Shown here in pieces: positions 36,944-46,398 of a stretch of 64,000 bases of DNA. Made by a program: the position numbers and the translations under genes. The stretch spans positions 1 to 64,000 of the forward strand of contig CAMAPH010000009.1 in NCBI GenBank assembly GCA_945859975.1. Reading direction: 5' to 3'. The notes under the pieces were generated by a model. That model saw only the letters and a list, made by a program, of their open reading frames with translations, was not told the DNA's origin and did not search any database. Positions within the stretch are counted from its first letter, which is position 1; every line of letters begins with the position of its first letter. Source of the stretch: Chthonomonas calidirosea (lineage in GTDB: Bacteria > Armatimonadota > Fimbriimonadia > Fimbriimonadales > Fimbriimonadaceae).

Positions 36944-37089
36944 GCTTCCGTCCTCTTTCGGGCCATTTCGCGTACTTGAGCCGCGGTAAAGGACTCGCCA
37001 GATTCAAAGTACTGATCCGCAAGGAAAACTGCTTCCAATTGCTCCGGCGTTAGCCGAATCTCAAACTGCTGTTTCTCTAAGTTTTGCAT
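36910..37089 (-). CDS. Probable 59-aa antitoxin
   Basis: Not in the ORF track. Manual translation MQNLEKQQFEIRLTPEQLEAVFLADQYFESGESFTAAQVREMARKRTEAWLNLPQTESE; acidic, overlaps the toxin start. Confidence 0.7.
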   Translation of the reverse strand: MQNLEKQQFEIRLTPEQLEAVFLADQYFESGESFTAAQVREMARKRTEAWLNLPQTESE

Positions 37090-37186
37090 GCCACTCGCGA
37101 TCTCTCGTCTGCCTCAATAGGATACGACAATGATGCCCTCCGAGCAAACGGCTTTTGTCCCCTCGCAAAACCCTCAAGCTGAGGAC

Positions 37187-38443
37187 TTACCTTGAGCCTT
37201 GAAACTTGGCGAACTCCGGTTTGGTCTCGTCGAGGATCTCCAATACGTTCTTCCGATCCGCTGCGCTCAGATGCGCGTAGCCACTCGACTTGTCCTTCCC
37301 GCTTAGAATCTCTCCAAGTCGACGATAAACGAAGTTCTTCACCGGCGACTGCAGGGCATCAAACGACGGCGAGTAGATCAGCGGACTACAAGGGTAGCGA
37401 AGAATGCGCGTCGTGAGGTCAAGCTGATACAGCGACCGGCCCTTGGAGTCCTTCGGACCCGACTCCGAGTAAGTCTTCGCAAACGCCGTTGTGCCCTTAA
37501 CGGGACTCGTGAGCTTTGCCTCCCCCTGGCACAGCAGTCCCGAAACTAGGCCCTCGCTATAGTTCTCGATATTCGCGATCGTCTCTTTGCTGGCCTTTTC
37601 GGGGTTCGTCCCTCGCAAGATCAGAAGCGCATCTTGGTTTGCTCGCGTGATGAGGTTCTGGACCTCCATTTGCTGCTCAAAGACCATAAGCGCGGCGATG
37701 TCCGAGTGCGGGGTTAGGTACGGCTTAACGTCGAAGTAACGCGACAAACTCGTTACGTTTGCGCCGCGCTCAATGTTTATTGAATGCTTCTCGTCGGTGC
37801 CCTGCGAGAGTTCATTGCCCATGTGGCGAAGCTTTCCGTGCGTGCCCGAAACGTACCAACCTCCCCAGCGATTCCGGATTGGGGTGGATGGAGTCATGTT
37901 ATAGGTCTGGGCAAAGACCCTCGAGTAGCCGCTCGGCGCGGTTAGAACCGACCGGCCGAACAGGGCCGCCGGGGAACCGAATCCCCTTCCGCCGTGGCAA
38001 CGAAAACAGTCTGAGCCCTCGGTCGAAAACGCGACTTGAGCCTGTTTGGTGTTCTCAATCGTGTAGAACAAAGCCCCACGCTTGGGGTCCACGCTCATGA
38101 TCTCGATCAGCGGCGCACCTGGAATCCAGCCGACATAGACCTCGTCGTTAAAGTACAGCGCGCGAGGCGTCTTTGGCGAAATGTGGTCGGTCTGAAGGCT
38201 CGTTTTTGAGAAAACCAAAACCTGCGAATTCGGGTCGATTTTTAACTGCGTCAGGATCGACCGGAGATACCCTTGCTTCGGTTCAAATTCCAGCTTCGCC
38301 TGTCCGTTGGCGACTCTCTTCTTCAGGTCTGCTACCGGGTCCATTACCGGAGTTGGTGATGATTGCCGCATCCAGCCGGCCGCCAAGATGGGCACGCAAC
38401 ACACGCCAAAAATTGCAGCTCGTTTCATCTTGACCAAACCCAT
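37187..38443 (-). CDS. Secreted c-type cytochrome-domain protein (planctomycete-like)
   Basis: Signal peptide; SQVLVFSKTSLQ...PRALYF, CFRCH, RWGGWYVSG, SDIAALMVFE. Confidence 0.8.
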   Translation of the reverse strand: MGLVKMKRAAIFGVCCVPILAAGWMRQSSPTPVMDPVADLKKRVANGQAKLEFEPKQGYLRSILTQLKIDPNSQVLVFSKTSLQTDHISPKTPRALYFNDEVYVGWIPGAPLIEIMSVDPKRGALFYTIENTKQAQVAFSTEGSDCFRCHGGRGFGSPAALFGRSVLTAPSGYSRVFAQTYNMTPSTPIRNRWGGWYVSGTHGKLRHMGNELSQGTDEKHSINIERGANVTSLSRYFDVKPYLTPHSDIAALMVFEQQMEVQNLITRANQDALLILRGTNPEKASKETIANIENYSEGLVSGLLCQGEAKLTSPVKGTTAFAKTYSESGPKDSKGRSLYQLDLTTRILRYPCSPLIYSPSFDALQSPVKNFVYRRLGEILSGKDKSSGYAHLSAADRKNVLEILDETKPEFAKFQGSR

Positions 38444-38495
38444 TTTGCCACCTTTGTACTACGCACTTGCCCAACCGTAAACTCCGAAGAACAAA

Positions 38496-39332
38496 TCAGC
38501 CAGAAGATTTCAGCTTGATCCAGTGATCGCTGATCTCGATCATCTCTTCACGATAGAGCGCGCCGATTAGCTTCTTGAACGCACCTTTGCTTAGGCCGAA
38601 TCGGCGCTGAATCTCTTCCGGAGACGATTTATCCGATACCGGGAGAGTGCCGCCGGCTTCTTTCAGGGCCGCGAGAATTCGGTCTCGCTCGCCAAGTACT
38701 GCGCTGAATCCCTGTGGCCGTAACGACACCGCGATCCGACCATCTTCGGGACGAATCCGCTTGATATAGCCTGAACGCACTTCGCCCATTTGTAGCTTTT
38801 CGATCCATTCGTCCGGGAACAGCGATCCCTTGAATTGACCATTTATGATCACACGGATGAAGTCCTCCGTTCGGTCAGCGATCATCAACTTCACGGCTTG
38901 CCCGACTTCCAGGTCCTCACTCGTGGCCTTTAGATAGCGGTTGAACTTCGAGGTACAGGCGATGCGCTCGGAAACTTCGTCGATGTAGATGCGAACCAGG
39001 TAGTCCTGCCCCGCTCGCATTCGCATCATCTGCTCTTTGATCGGACAGAACAAGTCCTTATCAAGGCCCCAGTCGAGAAACGCTCCGATCTCGGACACAG
39101 ACACGACCGTTAAGCGAGCAAATTCCCCGGGAATGGCATAAGGCGTCTTCGTCGTCGCGATGATTCGGTCTTCCGAGTCCTTCATCACAAACACCCGCAG
39201 TACGTCTCCTACGTAGATTCGCGGCGGAACCTGAGCCTTGGGGAGCAAAACGTCGGTCTGGCCGTCCGACAGAAATAGCCCCGGCGGTCCCTCTCGGACC
39301 GCCCTCAGTTCGTGATATTCACCTAAACGCAT
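38496..39332 (-). CDS. cvfB: CvfB/YitL-family S1 RNA-binding protein
   Basis: GAFLDWGLDKDLF, DKSSPEEI...FGLSKGAFKKLIGALY; start set at MRLGEY. Confidence 0.9.
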   Translation of the reverse strand: MRLGEYHELRAVREGPPGLFLSDGQTDVLLPKAQVPPRIYVGDVLRVFVMKDSEDRIIATTKTPYAIPGEFARLTVVSVSEIGAFLDWGLDKDLFCPIKEQMMRMRAGQDYLVRIYIDEVSERIACTSKFNRYLKATSEDLEVGQAVKLMIADRTEDFIRVIINGQFKGSLFPDEWIEKLQMGEVRSGYIKRIRPEDGRIAVSLRPQGFSAVLGERDRILAALKEAGGTLPVSDKSSPEEIQRRFGLSKGAFKKLIGALYREEMIEISDHWIKLKSSG

Positions 39333-39413
39333 CCTCTCATTGTGCGTGGTTTCCTCTTGCCCTGCAAAATTTACCGGGTTGCAAGTGCGTTTTGGAATGA
39401 TTAGACTCGGTTT

Positions 39414-40682
39414 GTGGCCACGACTACGATCATCGCGCTGATGTTGGCGTATCCACAGATTCAATCGACTCAGGCTCAAGACCCCGCTCTCCCCGTCTCA
39501 CTAGTCGACATTGCGGCTCCCCCGAGTTATCACCTGGATCGCGGCAATCAAGAGGCGTTTCAATCTCGGCTCACAGGTCAGATCGGATTAGCCGAAGGTT
39601 CGGTCTGGACGGGACGCCCCGTAACGGTCGTCTTCCCTTGCCCGTTGGGATTCAGCCCCGCCAAGTATGCCGGCGTTCGCGATTATCCCGATCAGCGGAT
39701 CCGCGACGTGAAGATCTATCGTGGAGAAACCGAGCTACCGTTTGTTCCCATCCCGAAGCAAGGCGAATCCAACTACTGGACCTTCAACACCGAAGGCCGT
39801 CGGGGGGCCGATTGTATCGCCATTCGCCTGAGCCCACCGGAAGGGACGGAAAAGATCAACCTGACAGTGGACGTCAGCGGAACTCTGATCCACCCGGTAG
39901 TCCGCCCCGGCGCTCCGGCAAGGCAAGCGTATCAGTTTGAACTTCCAGTAGAGGTCAAGTCGGCCTACCTTTCCCCTACCGAAGACGAATACAAGGCGGA
40001 TCTGCCGAAACTTCTTGAGCAACTTGCTGGCTACGAAATCATTGACCGTAGGCCAGTTAAAGTTGGCGAGATGCTAAATCGAATCGGCATGTTCTTCGTC
40101 AAGAACTCGCTGTACGACAAAGACGCGGACGAGCCGACGCTCGACATGAACCAGTTCTTCGACCCGAGTTATCAGCGCATCGGTAACTGCCACGCCCTAA
40201 ACACGCCGCTGCTTTTCGCGGCACGGGCGGTCGGAATTCCGGCGAGTAAGGTCTCTGGGCGATTTATAGAAACTGGAAAGGCTCACACTGTTTGCCGCAT
40301 CTACGACCCGCAACTCCGGGACAGTTTCTTGGTGGATGTCGCGGCCGTGGCGGCGTACGGCATCACGCCAAACCGGTCTGGCCTCGAACTGATTTCCGAC
40401 TCCATGCCGCACCGGCTCCTGCTGTTCGAGGACGATGCTTCTAACTTCTTCCGCCCCCGAATTGAGGGCCTGGAGAACGAGCCAACTCCTGGCTCTGGCG
40501 CGCGTGGTGCGACCAACTGCGGCGACTGGGTGATTTTCTCTGGCGGCAGCTACATCGGATCTGTACACCCGACAATCTCGGAGAAGCTGGTCATCCAGCC
40601 GCTCACCGAGAAAGACGACCAGTTCGTGGTGTTCACGAAGGAAGGAATCTTCTTCCGCATCGATCGGCCAAACGGCAAATAA
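39414..40682 (+). CDS. Secreted transglutaminase-like protein
   Basis: GNC...ARAVGIPA...G...HTVCRIY...VD gives a Cys-His-Asp triad pattern. Confidence 0.75.
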   Translation: MATTTIIALMLAYPQIQSTQAQDPALPVSLVDIAAPPSYHLDRGNQEAFQSRLTGQIGLAEGSVWTGRPVTVVFPCPLGFSPAKYAGVRDYPDQRIRDVKIYRGETELPFVPIPKQGESNYWTFNTEGRRGADCIAIRLSPPEGTEKINLTVDVSGTLIHPVVRPGAPARQAYQFELPVEVKSAYLSPTEDEYKADLPKLLEQLAGYEIIDRRPVKVGEMLNRIGMFFVKNSLYDKDADEPTLDMNQFFDPSYQRIGNCHALNTPLLFAARAVGIPASKVSGRFIETGKAHTVCRIYDPQLRDSFLVDVAAVAAYGITPNRSGLELISDSMPHRLLLFEDDASNFFRPRIEGLENEPTPGSGARGATNCGDWVIFSGGSYIGSVHPTISEKLVIQPLTEKDDQFVVFTKEGIFFRIDRPNGK

Positions 40683-40719
40683 AATGGCCCACGCTAGCTT
40701 TTGCTAGCGTGGGCCATTT
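40682..40719. terminator. Bidirectional terminator-like hairpin
   Basis: AAATGGCCCACGCTAGC-TTTT-GCTAGCGTGGGCCATTT between convergent genes. Confidence 0.8.
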
Positions 40720-40730
40720 CTCGCTTCAGA

Positions 40731-42716
40731 TTACGAGCGAGGAGCGACGGAGATGCCGAGTTGGTCGACCTTGAGAACGTAAGGTCGTGAGACCGAACGA
40801 AGAGGCTGAACCACACGCACAAGCAGCTTAACGTTTCCGTTAGCGGCAATGTACGGCGAAGCCTGGTTCTCGAGTCGATCGAAGCGACGGGCAGTGGAGG
40901 AACCTGGGTAGGTGCCGAGCTGATCCCACTTCGAAGTCAGGTTGTTCCAAGCGTAATAGAACGCGGACGAACCCGCCGGAGCGTTGTCGAGCGTACTAAT
41001 GCGGAGCTGACCGATCGTCGCAGGCGTCAGGCCCGAGTTGATCGTCGTTTCCAGCGAAGTCATGTCGCCAACGTTCTTGGCAAACTGCGAAGCCACTTCT
41101 GCGGAGACGCCATCGGCGGTGTTGATCCGCGTCGTTCCGGTCGTTCGCAGCGTTCCTTGGCTAGGCAGCGTTGCCATCGAAGTAGCTGGTTTGGAAACCA
41201 AGGCATCTTCGTAGCTGCTGACCTTGAACGGGAACACTTCCGTGGTCCAGTTTCCGTCCGCTCGTCCGAGCATTCCGATTGCCCAGAAGGTCACTTCGTC
41301 AACTGGGTCGACGACCACCTGGAAGTAGTCGCCCCATCGGTTGTAGCCGCTGGAGCTTGAGCCGCCATAAAGTGCCGGGGTGCTCTTGATTCTGACCGGA
41401 GCGCCCATCGAACCAAGCGCGTCGGTTGGCTTTCGACCCGTGATCATGAGGTCGGCCATGATGCTCGTGCTCGTTCGCGTGAAGACGAGAGCCATCTCAT
41501 TCTTTCGGTTGCGAGCAACCGCTGGCATGTGGAAGAACTGTCCGGTTCCGCCGGTGACGTTTCCAGACTGCGCAAGTGCCGGGCGGCCCGATGCTGGCCA
41601 ACCGTTGAGCTTCACGTCATACCATCGCGAAACAACGCGAGAGTCATTTCCGACGCGAACGCCGTGCGTCGTGACGACGTTGCCGTTGCGAAGGTGCGCG
41701 TTGAAGAGTCGTCCGTCCAAGGAGTCCAGGTTGTGGTTGCTTGGACCAGGAATTGGTCCGCCCGGTCCGGCGAATGGCGGAACCGCGACTTCAATGCTCT
41801 TAGCAGAAGAAGCGGTCACAGCATGAACTCTCATGCTGTCGTCGGCGCTCATCGAAACCGCAATGAGCTGGTCTACATCGGACTGCGATACCAACTTAAC
41901 TGAAGCCGAGCCGGTGTCCGAAACGCTGGATGCGGTGGCGGCGGCGCCGGTCAAAAGAGGTGCTTTGTCGATGACGACGAACTGGTTACCGTTCCAGCCG
42001 TTCTCGAAGCCAAACATGTTTCCACAGAAGCCAAGATACTTTTTGCTAACACCCCAGCCTGGGTAGTCTAGCCAGAAATCGGTCGAACCGACGGTCTGCT
42101 TGCTCTCAACTCGGTATCGGAACCAAGTGCCGTTCGGGTCGGAGTCGTCGGAAACGGCAATCAGGCTCTTGCTCTGCTTCCCATCAAAATCTACTTCTAG
42201 GAAGAGGATGAAGAATCGCTTACTTACCGTATCGTAAAGAACCTTAGGGTCGAACTGGAAGCTAGTAGCACCGAGTCCGGCGAAGAAATCTTCTGAAGTG
42301 CGCAGGAAGGTGTTTGCGCCGTCCGACTTACGGAAGAAGCCGATCGAGCTGTTCACGACGACGACTGCGTGGGTCGGTCCAACGGCAAGGTCAGGATCTG
42401 GTGGTGTCCAGCCCGTTGCGTCGACGGCAGGGAAATTGCCCTGCAACGCCGCGGCTCGGATGTTAGGGATCAATCCGCCAGCCTTCAGCGTGTTGTTAGG
42501 GTTTGCTGCCCGACGTTTGTTGATCAGCGGATTCTCGGGCTTGTAAGGTTTCTGGCGATAGCTCTTGTCAACCTGCGGAGCGAAAGCACGAGTATCCAAC
42601 TTGGGACCAGGCGTGACCGGGTATGTCCGGTCCGCAGGAATGGTGGTCTGCGCAATCGCAGACACCGCCAAGCCAGCAATGGCGAAAAGTGATGTAATTG
42701 TTTTTCCTGTTGCCAA
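40731..42716 (-). CDS. Large secreted beta-rich protein
   Basis: AAGAGGA RBS and TTG at 42716, signal peptide (AIA-Q); PPDP..AVGP.H, FDP..LYD, DYP and RWGDY motifs. Confidence 0.8.
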   Translation of the reverse strand: MATGKTITSLFAIAGLAVSAIAQTTIPADRTYPVTPGPKLDTRAFAPQVDKSYRQKPYKPENPLINKRRAANPNNTLKAGGLIPNIRAAALQGNFPAVDATGWTPPDPDLAVGPTHAVVVVNSSIGFFRKSDGANTFLRTSEDFFAGLGATSFQFDPKVLYDTVSKRFFILFLEVDFDGKQSKSLIAVSDDSDPNGTWFRYRVESKQTVGSTDFWLDYPGWGVSKKYLGFCGNMFGFENGWNGNQFVVIDKAPLLTGAAATASSVSDTGSASVKLVSQSDVDQLIAVSMSADDSMRVHAVTASSAKSIEVAVPPFAGPGGPIPGPSNHNLDSLDGRLFNAHLRNGNVVTTHGVRVGNDSRVVSRWYDVKLNGWPASGRPALAQSGNVTGGTGQFFHMPAVARNRKNEMALVFTRTSTSIMADLMITGRKPTDALGSMGAPVRIKSTPALYGGSSSSGYNRWGDYFQVVVDPVDEVTFWAIGMLGRADGNWTTEVFPFKVSSYEDALVSKPATSMATLPSQGTLRTTGTTRINTADGVSAEVASQFAKNVGDMTSLETTINSGLTPATIGQLRISTLDNAPAGSSAFYYAWNNLTSKWDQLGTYPGSSTARRFDRLENQASPYIAANGNVKLLVRVVQPLRSVSRPYVLKVDQLGISVAPRS

Positions 42717-42887
42717 AAGATTCCTCTTTAAATCCAATTCTGCCGAATTTTGCTGAACAATATTCGTAAGAAAGCCTGCACAAGCCAACCAGTCACACGC
42801 CACGTGGCGTATTTTTGGTGACACCAATGTTTTAGACGCGATGAGAATCCGAAATGTTAGTTTGATTCTCCACAATGAGAGGGTCGG

Positions 42888-43997
42888 ATGAACGAATCAG
42901 CTCAGATGCCACAAAATCCGGCCCAGGCGGCCCTCGTGCTCGCTCCAATGGACGGCATCACCGATGCACCGATGCGAGCGCTCCAAGGAGAAATCGGCGC
43001 GTTCAGCTACTCGGTCACCGAGTTCTTGCGGGTAAGCATCGAGCCGCTGCCACGTAAGGTTTTCTTGCGTGACGTGCCCGAACTGAATGATCTCGGGCAA
43101 ACGCCGAGCGGGCTACCGGTGCAAGTCCAGATTCTCGGCGGCGATCCTGAGCGAATGGCAATCAGCGCCGTCACCGCTTGCCGCGCCGGAGCGCACAGCA
43201 TCGATATCAACTTCGGTTGCCCCGCCCCAACCGTTAACCGAAACGATGGCGGCGCTTCCCTGTTACGCCACCCAGACCGAATTCGAGAAATCGTGAGGGC
43301 AGTTCGTGACGCCGTTCCGCCCGAAATCCCCGTTTCTGCAAAGCTCCGCTTAGGCTGGGAGAGCATCGAGGACATCCATGTCAATGCCCAAATGGTGGCC
43401 GAAGGAGGAGCATCGTGGATCACCATTCACGCCCGAACAAAGGCCCAAGGCTACAACCCGCCTGTCTTTTGGAAACCCATCGGAGTTGTCAGGCGCGCGC
43501 TCGATATCCCCGTCGTCGCGAACGGCGACATTTGGACCCTTGAAGACTTCTACCGCTGCCAGGATGAAACCGGTTGTAACCGCTTCATGCTCGGACGCAG
43601 CGCCCTAGCGAACCCCAGCCTCTCCCACCAAGTTGCCCGCGAACTTGGCCTTCCTTTTGATCCGGAGCCGATTACGGATTGGCAACCACTCCTTCGTGGG
43701 TTCCTCCACTGGTGCGAGCATTACAAGGACTACCTTTCGAACCACGTGGTCAAGCGGCTAAAGCAATGGCTGAGCATTGCTTCAAGACACGGTGACTTTG
43801 CCCACTTTGACGTTCTGAAGCGGACGATTACCGTGGACGAGTTCTTCGCGCAACTTCACGCCGCCGAGGTCACCGAAAATTCGACAGAAAATGGACTGCC
43901 GAGCCCGATGGAACGCACTGCCGAAAGTCTATCGTCAGAAGCCAGTGCCAGCGTTCTGGCATCTTCGGCCGCACCAAATCGCCCATTCCGTCCGTGA
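42888..43997 (+). CDS. dusC: tRNA-dihydrouridine synthase (DusC-like), C-terminally extended
   Basis: LAPMDG, IDINFGCP, VSAKLRLG, IHART, VANGDI; 3' end overlaps the convergent gene by 128 bp. Confidence 0.9.
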   Translation: MNESAQMPQNPAQAALVLAPMDGITDAPMRALQGEIGAFSYSVTEFLRVSIEPLPRKVFLRDVPELNDLGQTPSGLPVQVQILGGDPERMAISAVTACRAGAHSIDINFGCPAPTVNRNDGGASLLRHPDRIREIVRAVRDAVPPEIPVSAKLRLGWESIEDIHVNAQMVAEGGASWITIHARTKAQGYNPPVFWKPIGVVRRALDIPVVANGDIWTLEDFYRCQDETGCNRFMLGRSALANPSLSHQVARELGLPFDPEPITDWQPLLRGFLHWCEHYKDYLSNHVVKRLKQWLSIASRHGDFAHFDVLKRTITVDEFFAQLHAAEVTENSTENGLPSPMERTAESLSSEASASVLASSAAPNRPFRP

Positions 43998-45099
43998 GCA
44001 CGAACACAACATCGGGGTAAGCCCCGGGTAACTCGTTCACGATCCATTTTTCTAGGATCGCAAAGCTCGTACCGCCACCACCTTTGATCTCCGGCTTCGC
44101 TAGGTCCAGCAAGTACACCGAGCAATCGAACGAGCATAGGATAACTTCGTATTCTTTTTTGTGCAATGAAGCGGCAACGGCAAAGAAGCGATCACGGAGA
44201 TCCCAAACCGATCCGGAAGCATCGATGAAGAACACGCACTTTTGCCGATGCTTTTCGCTCTGATGCCCCGAGGACATCGAAAATCCCGGCGGAATCACGC
44301 CATGGACGCCAGCAAATCGGCGATCCGGAAGCACCCAACCCGGAACCTTGCGCGGTTCTGAACTCCGTTTGCATTGACGGCGCACGATCGACTCCCAAGG
44401 AATTTTGGGCGGAGCTGGCTGGGCGACCTTCATGGTAATGCCAACGATCTGATCGCCGCGCTCCACCGTCTTTTCGACTTCGCGTCCTAACCCTGAGATC
44501 AAATCCTCCAACATTCCCGAGCCGAGGTCCTGGAGTAGCGCATCGACTTCCTTCGCAGCACGAGGATTGCTGAGCGAACCTGTTCCGGCATCTGGCAAGA
44601 ACAAATGCTGGTCCGCAAGGGCACAGAACCGCACCCGAAAACTGCGGCGGATGAGTTCATAAAACTCCTCAAAAGTGAGCGTCGAGGGCGGGATCGAACT
44701 CGAATCCCGGAATACCGTGTCGACCCAAACCAGATTCTCCCAATCTCGAAGCAATTCGCGAACGAAGCCAAATCGAGAAATCAGTAAGTGATTCACCGCA
44801 AGGTCGGCCGCGATGTTCGCGATGTCCTGATCCGGCAAGTTCACGCTGCGAAAGCCGTGATTCAAGATCACGTGCAACATTTCGTGACACAACACGAAGT
44901 CTCGGTCATACCTCGGCAACTCTTCCCAAAATTTTGGATTGAACAGGAACTGAATCGGCTCGCCCGAGCTGCTGAACACAATCGCCGCAGTCGAGATCGA
45001 CTCGGTGAAAAGTGGCATTCCCATTTCCCAAAGCGCGGAAAAGATGTCGTGATAGCCTTCCAGCGCAATCGAGATTCCTCGAAACTCGTCGCGGGTCAC
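43870..45099 (-). CDS. HExxH metallopeptidase-like plus vWA protein (DUF2201 type)
   Basis: HEMLH...NIAADLAVN; MIDAS residues DASGS, GGGGT, LTDG. Confidence 0.88.
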   Translation of the reverse strand: MTRDEFRGISIALEGYHDIFSALWEMGMPLFTESISTAAIVFSSSGEPIQFLFNPKFWEELPRYDRDFVLCHEMLHVILNHGFRSVNLPDQDIANIAADLAVNHLLISRFGFVRELLRDWENLVWVDTVFRDSSSIPPSTLTFEEFYELIRRSFRVRFCALADQHLFLPDAGTGSLSNPRAAKEVDALLQDLGSGMLEDLISGLGREVEKTVERGDQIVGITMKVAQPAPPKIPWESIVRRQCKRSSEPRKVPGWVLPDRRFAGVHGVIPPGFSMSSGHQSEKHRQKCVFFIDASGSVWDLRDRFFAVAASLHKKEYEVILCSFDCSVYLLDLAKPEIKGGGGTSFAILEKWIVNELPGAYPDVVFVLTDGMGDLVRPKMPERWHWLLTIDFRQCVPSGSAVHFLSNFR

Positions 45100-46229
45100 G
45101 TGGCAATTCTTCCGTACGGGTCAAGGGCCGCTACTTCTTCGGCGTTCAACGGGCTCACCGGACTCACCAAGGCGGGCTGCACGGAGTTCGAGAACGACAC
45201 CCCGTGCTTTCGGGCCAACTGCTCCGCCCTCTTGATGAGTCCCTCATTGCCCGCCGCACCATTCAAACTCATCAACACGTCAGAGAATTCCGTCACGTTT
45301 TCGGAGTATCGGACCACGGTGTCCAGCACTTGCGGGTTCACCATGAGCGATGCCAGCCGCTCTCGATCAAGCAAAGGTAAGAAGAAAATGCTGGCGGCCT
45401 TGGATCCCAGGATGTGTCGCAACGCCTCGCTACCCGAGTTCGGGTCTTGCATCAAACTCTTTGCACCGACTCGGTCGTTCGCTTTCAGAAGCTCACGCAG
45501 GCGATCGAAGATTGGGCCCTCTTTGAGCAGTTGGAGCAGCTTCTTTGGGTTTGAGCGTTCGGGCAAAACGTCTCGCACATCGCCGCCACACTGCACGACA
45601 GAAACCGCGTAATCCAGCCGTCGCGGCGACACCTCGTTCTTGGTCGCATCGCTCAAGCTGTCCCACCATTCAAGTGCCCCTTTTCCAACGACGCCGTACT
45701 TTTCGGTGAAGTACTGTGGGCAGGGTCGGTAAGGGACTTCGAGCTGAATATGAAATCGATCCCGCTGCGCCGGGTCCAGTTCCTCCGTGTCGTACTCTGT
45801 TCCCTCTCCCGGGTTGATTGCCGCCCAGATCGCGTTTAGCCGAGTGAAGCGATGGCCGTTCACGCTCTTGAACTGAAGAATTTCCATTGCGGCGTTCCGC
45901 ACTTTTGCCGGGGCTCGGTTGAACTCGTCGATGAAAATCGCATCCACCTGGTCATCTGCCAACTCGGCCCGGCGGATCAGTTCCAGTACCGTGCTTCCGT
46001 CTGCCCGAAGCAACGGACGCGGCACGCCAACGAAATCCACCCAAGGATCCATCGTCGCTCCACTAAAGACAAGTATTCGCTTCCCGGCTCGTTCGAACGC
46101 GCGTTGAACGATGCTGGTTTTGCCGACCCCGTGCCGTCCAGTCAGCAACACGTTGAGCCCATTTTCGATGCAGAACTGAAGTTTGTGCGGGTCGACTAAA
46201 GGCTTCGGAGCGTGCGTACGTGACCACAT
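45096..46229 (-). CDS. MoxR-like AAA+ ATPase
   Basis: Walker A GRHGVGKT, Walker B IFIDEFNRA, AAINP, LDPAQRDRF, SPRR; GTGA overlap with the vWA gene. Confidence 0.9.
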   Translation of the reverse strand: MWSRTHAPKPLVDPHKLQFCIENGLNVLLTGRHGVGKTSIVQRAFERAGKRILVFSGATMDPWVDFVGVPRPLLRADGSTVLELIRRAELADDQVDAIFIDEFNRAPAKVRNAAMEILQFKSVNGHRFTRLNAIWAAINPGEGTEYDTEELDPAQRDRFHIQLEVPYRPCPQYFTEKYGVVGKGALEWWDSLSDATKNEVSPRRLDYAVSVVQCGGDVRDVLPERSNPKKLLQLLKEGPIFDRLRELLKANDRVGAKSLMQDPNSGSEALRHILGSKAASIFFLPLLDRERLASLMVNPQVLDTVVRYSENVTEFSDVLMSLNGAAGNEGLIKRAEQLARKHGVSFSNSVQPALVSPVSPLNAEEVAALDPYGRIAT

Positions 46230-46254
46230 GGTCGATTCATGGTACCAATCATGT

Positions 46255-46398
46255 GTCTACTTATTGAAGAGGAAAAAGAAGGAATTATCCGGGTATTAAC
46301 CGTGGAGTAGTTAGCTTGAATTTGGTGGACAAATGATCCGAGCGGTGGATAACAAAATCATGTTTTCCACAACTTTTTCCAGATGTGTGGAAAAGTGA
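46255..46398. other. oriC: Candidate chromosomal replication origin (DnaA-box cluster with AT-rich flank)
   Basis: TTTTCCACA at 46363 (+) and 46386 (-); TTATCCACC at 46344 (-); TTTTCCAGA at 46375 (+); TTGTCCACC at 46324 (-); A-rich tract 46261-46299. Confidence 0.7.
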
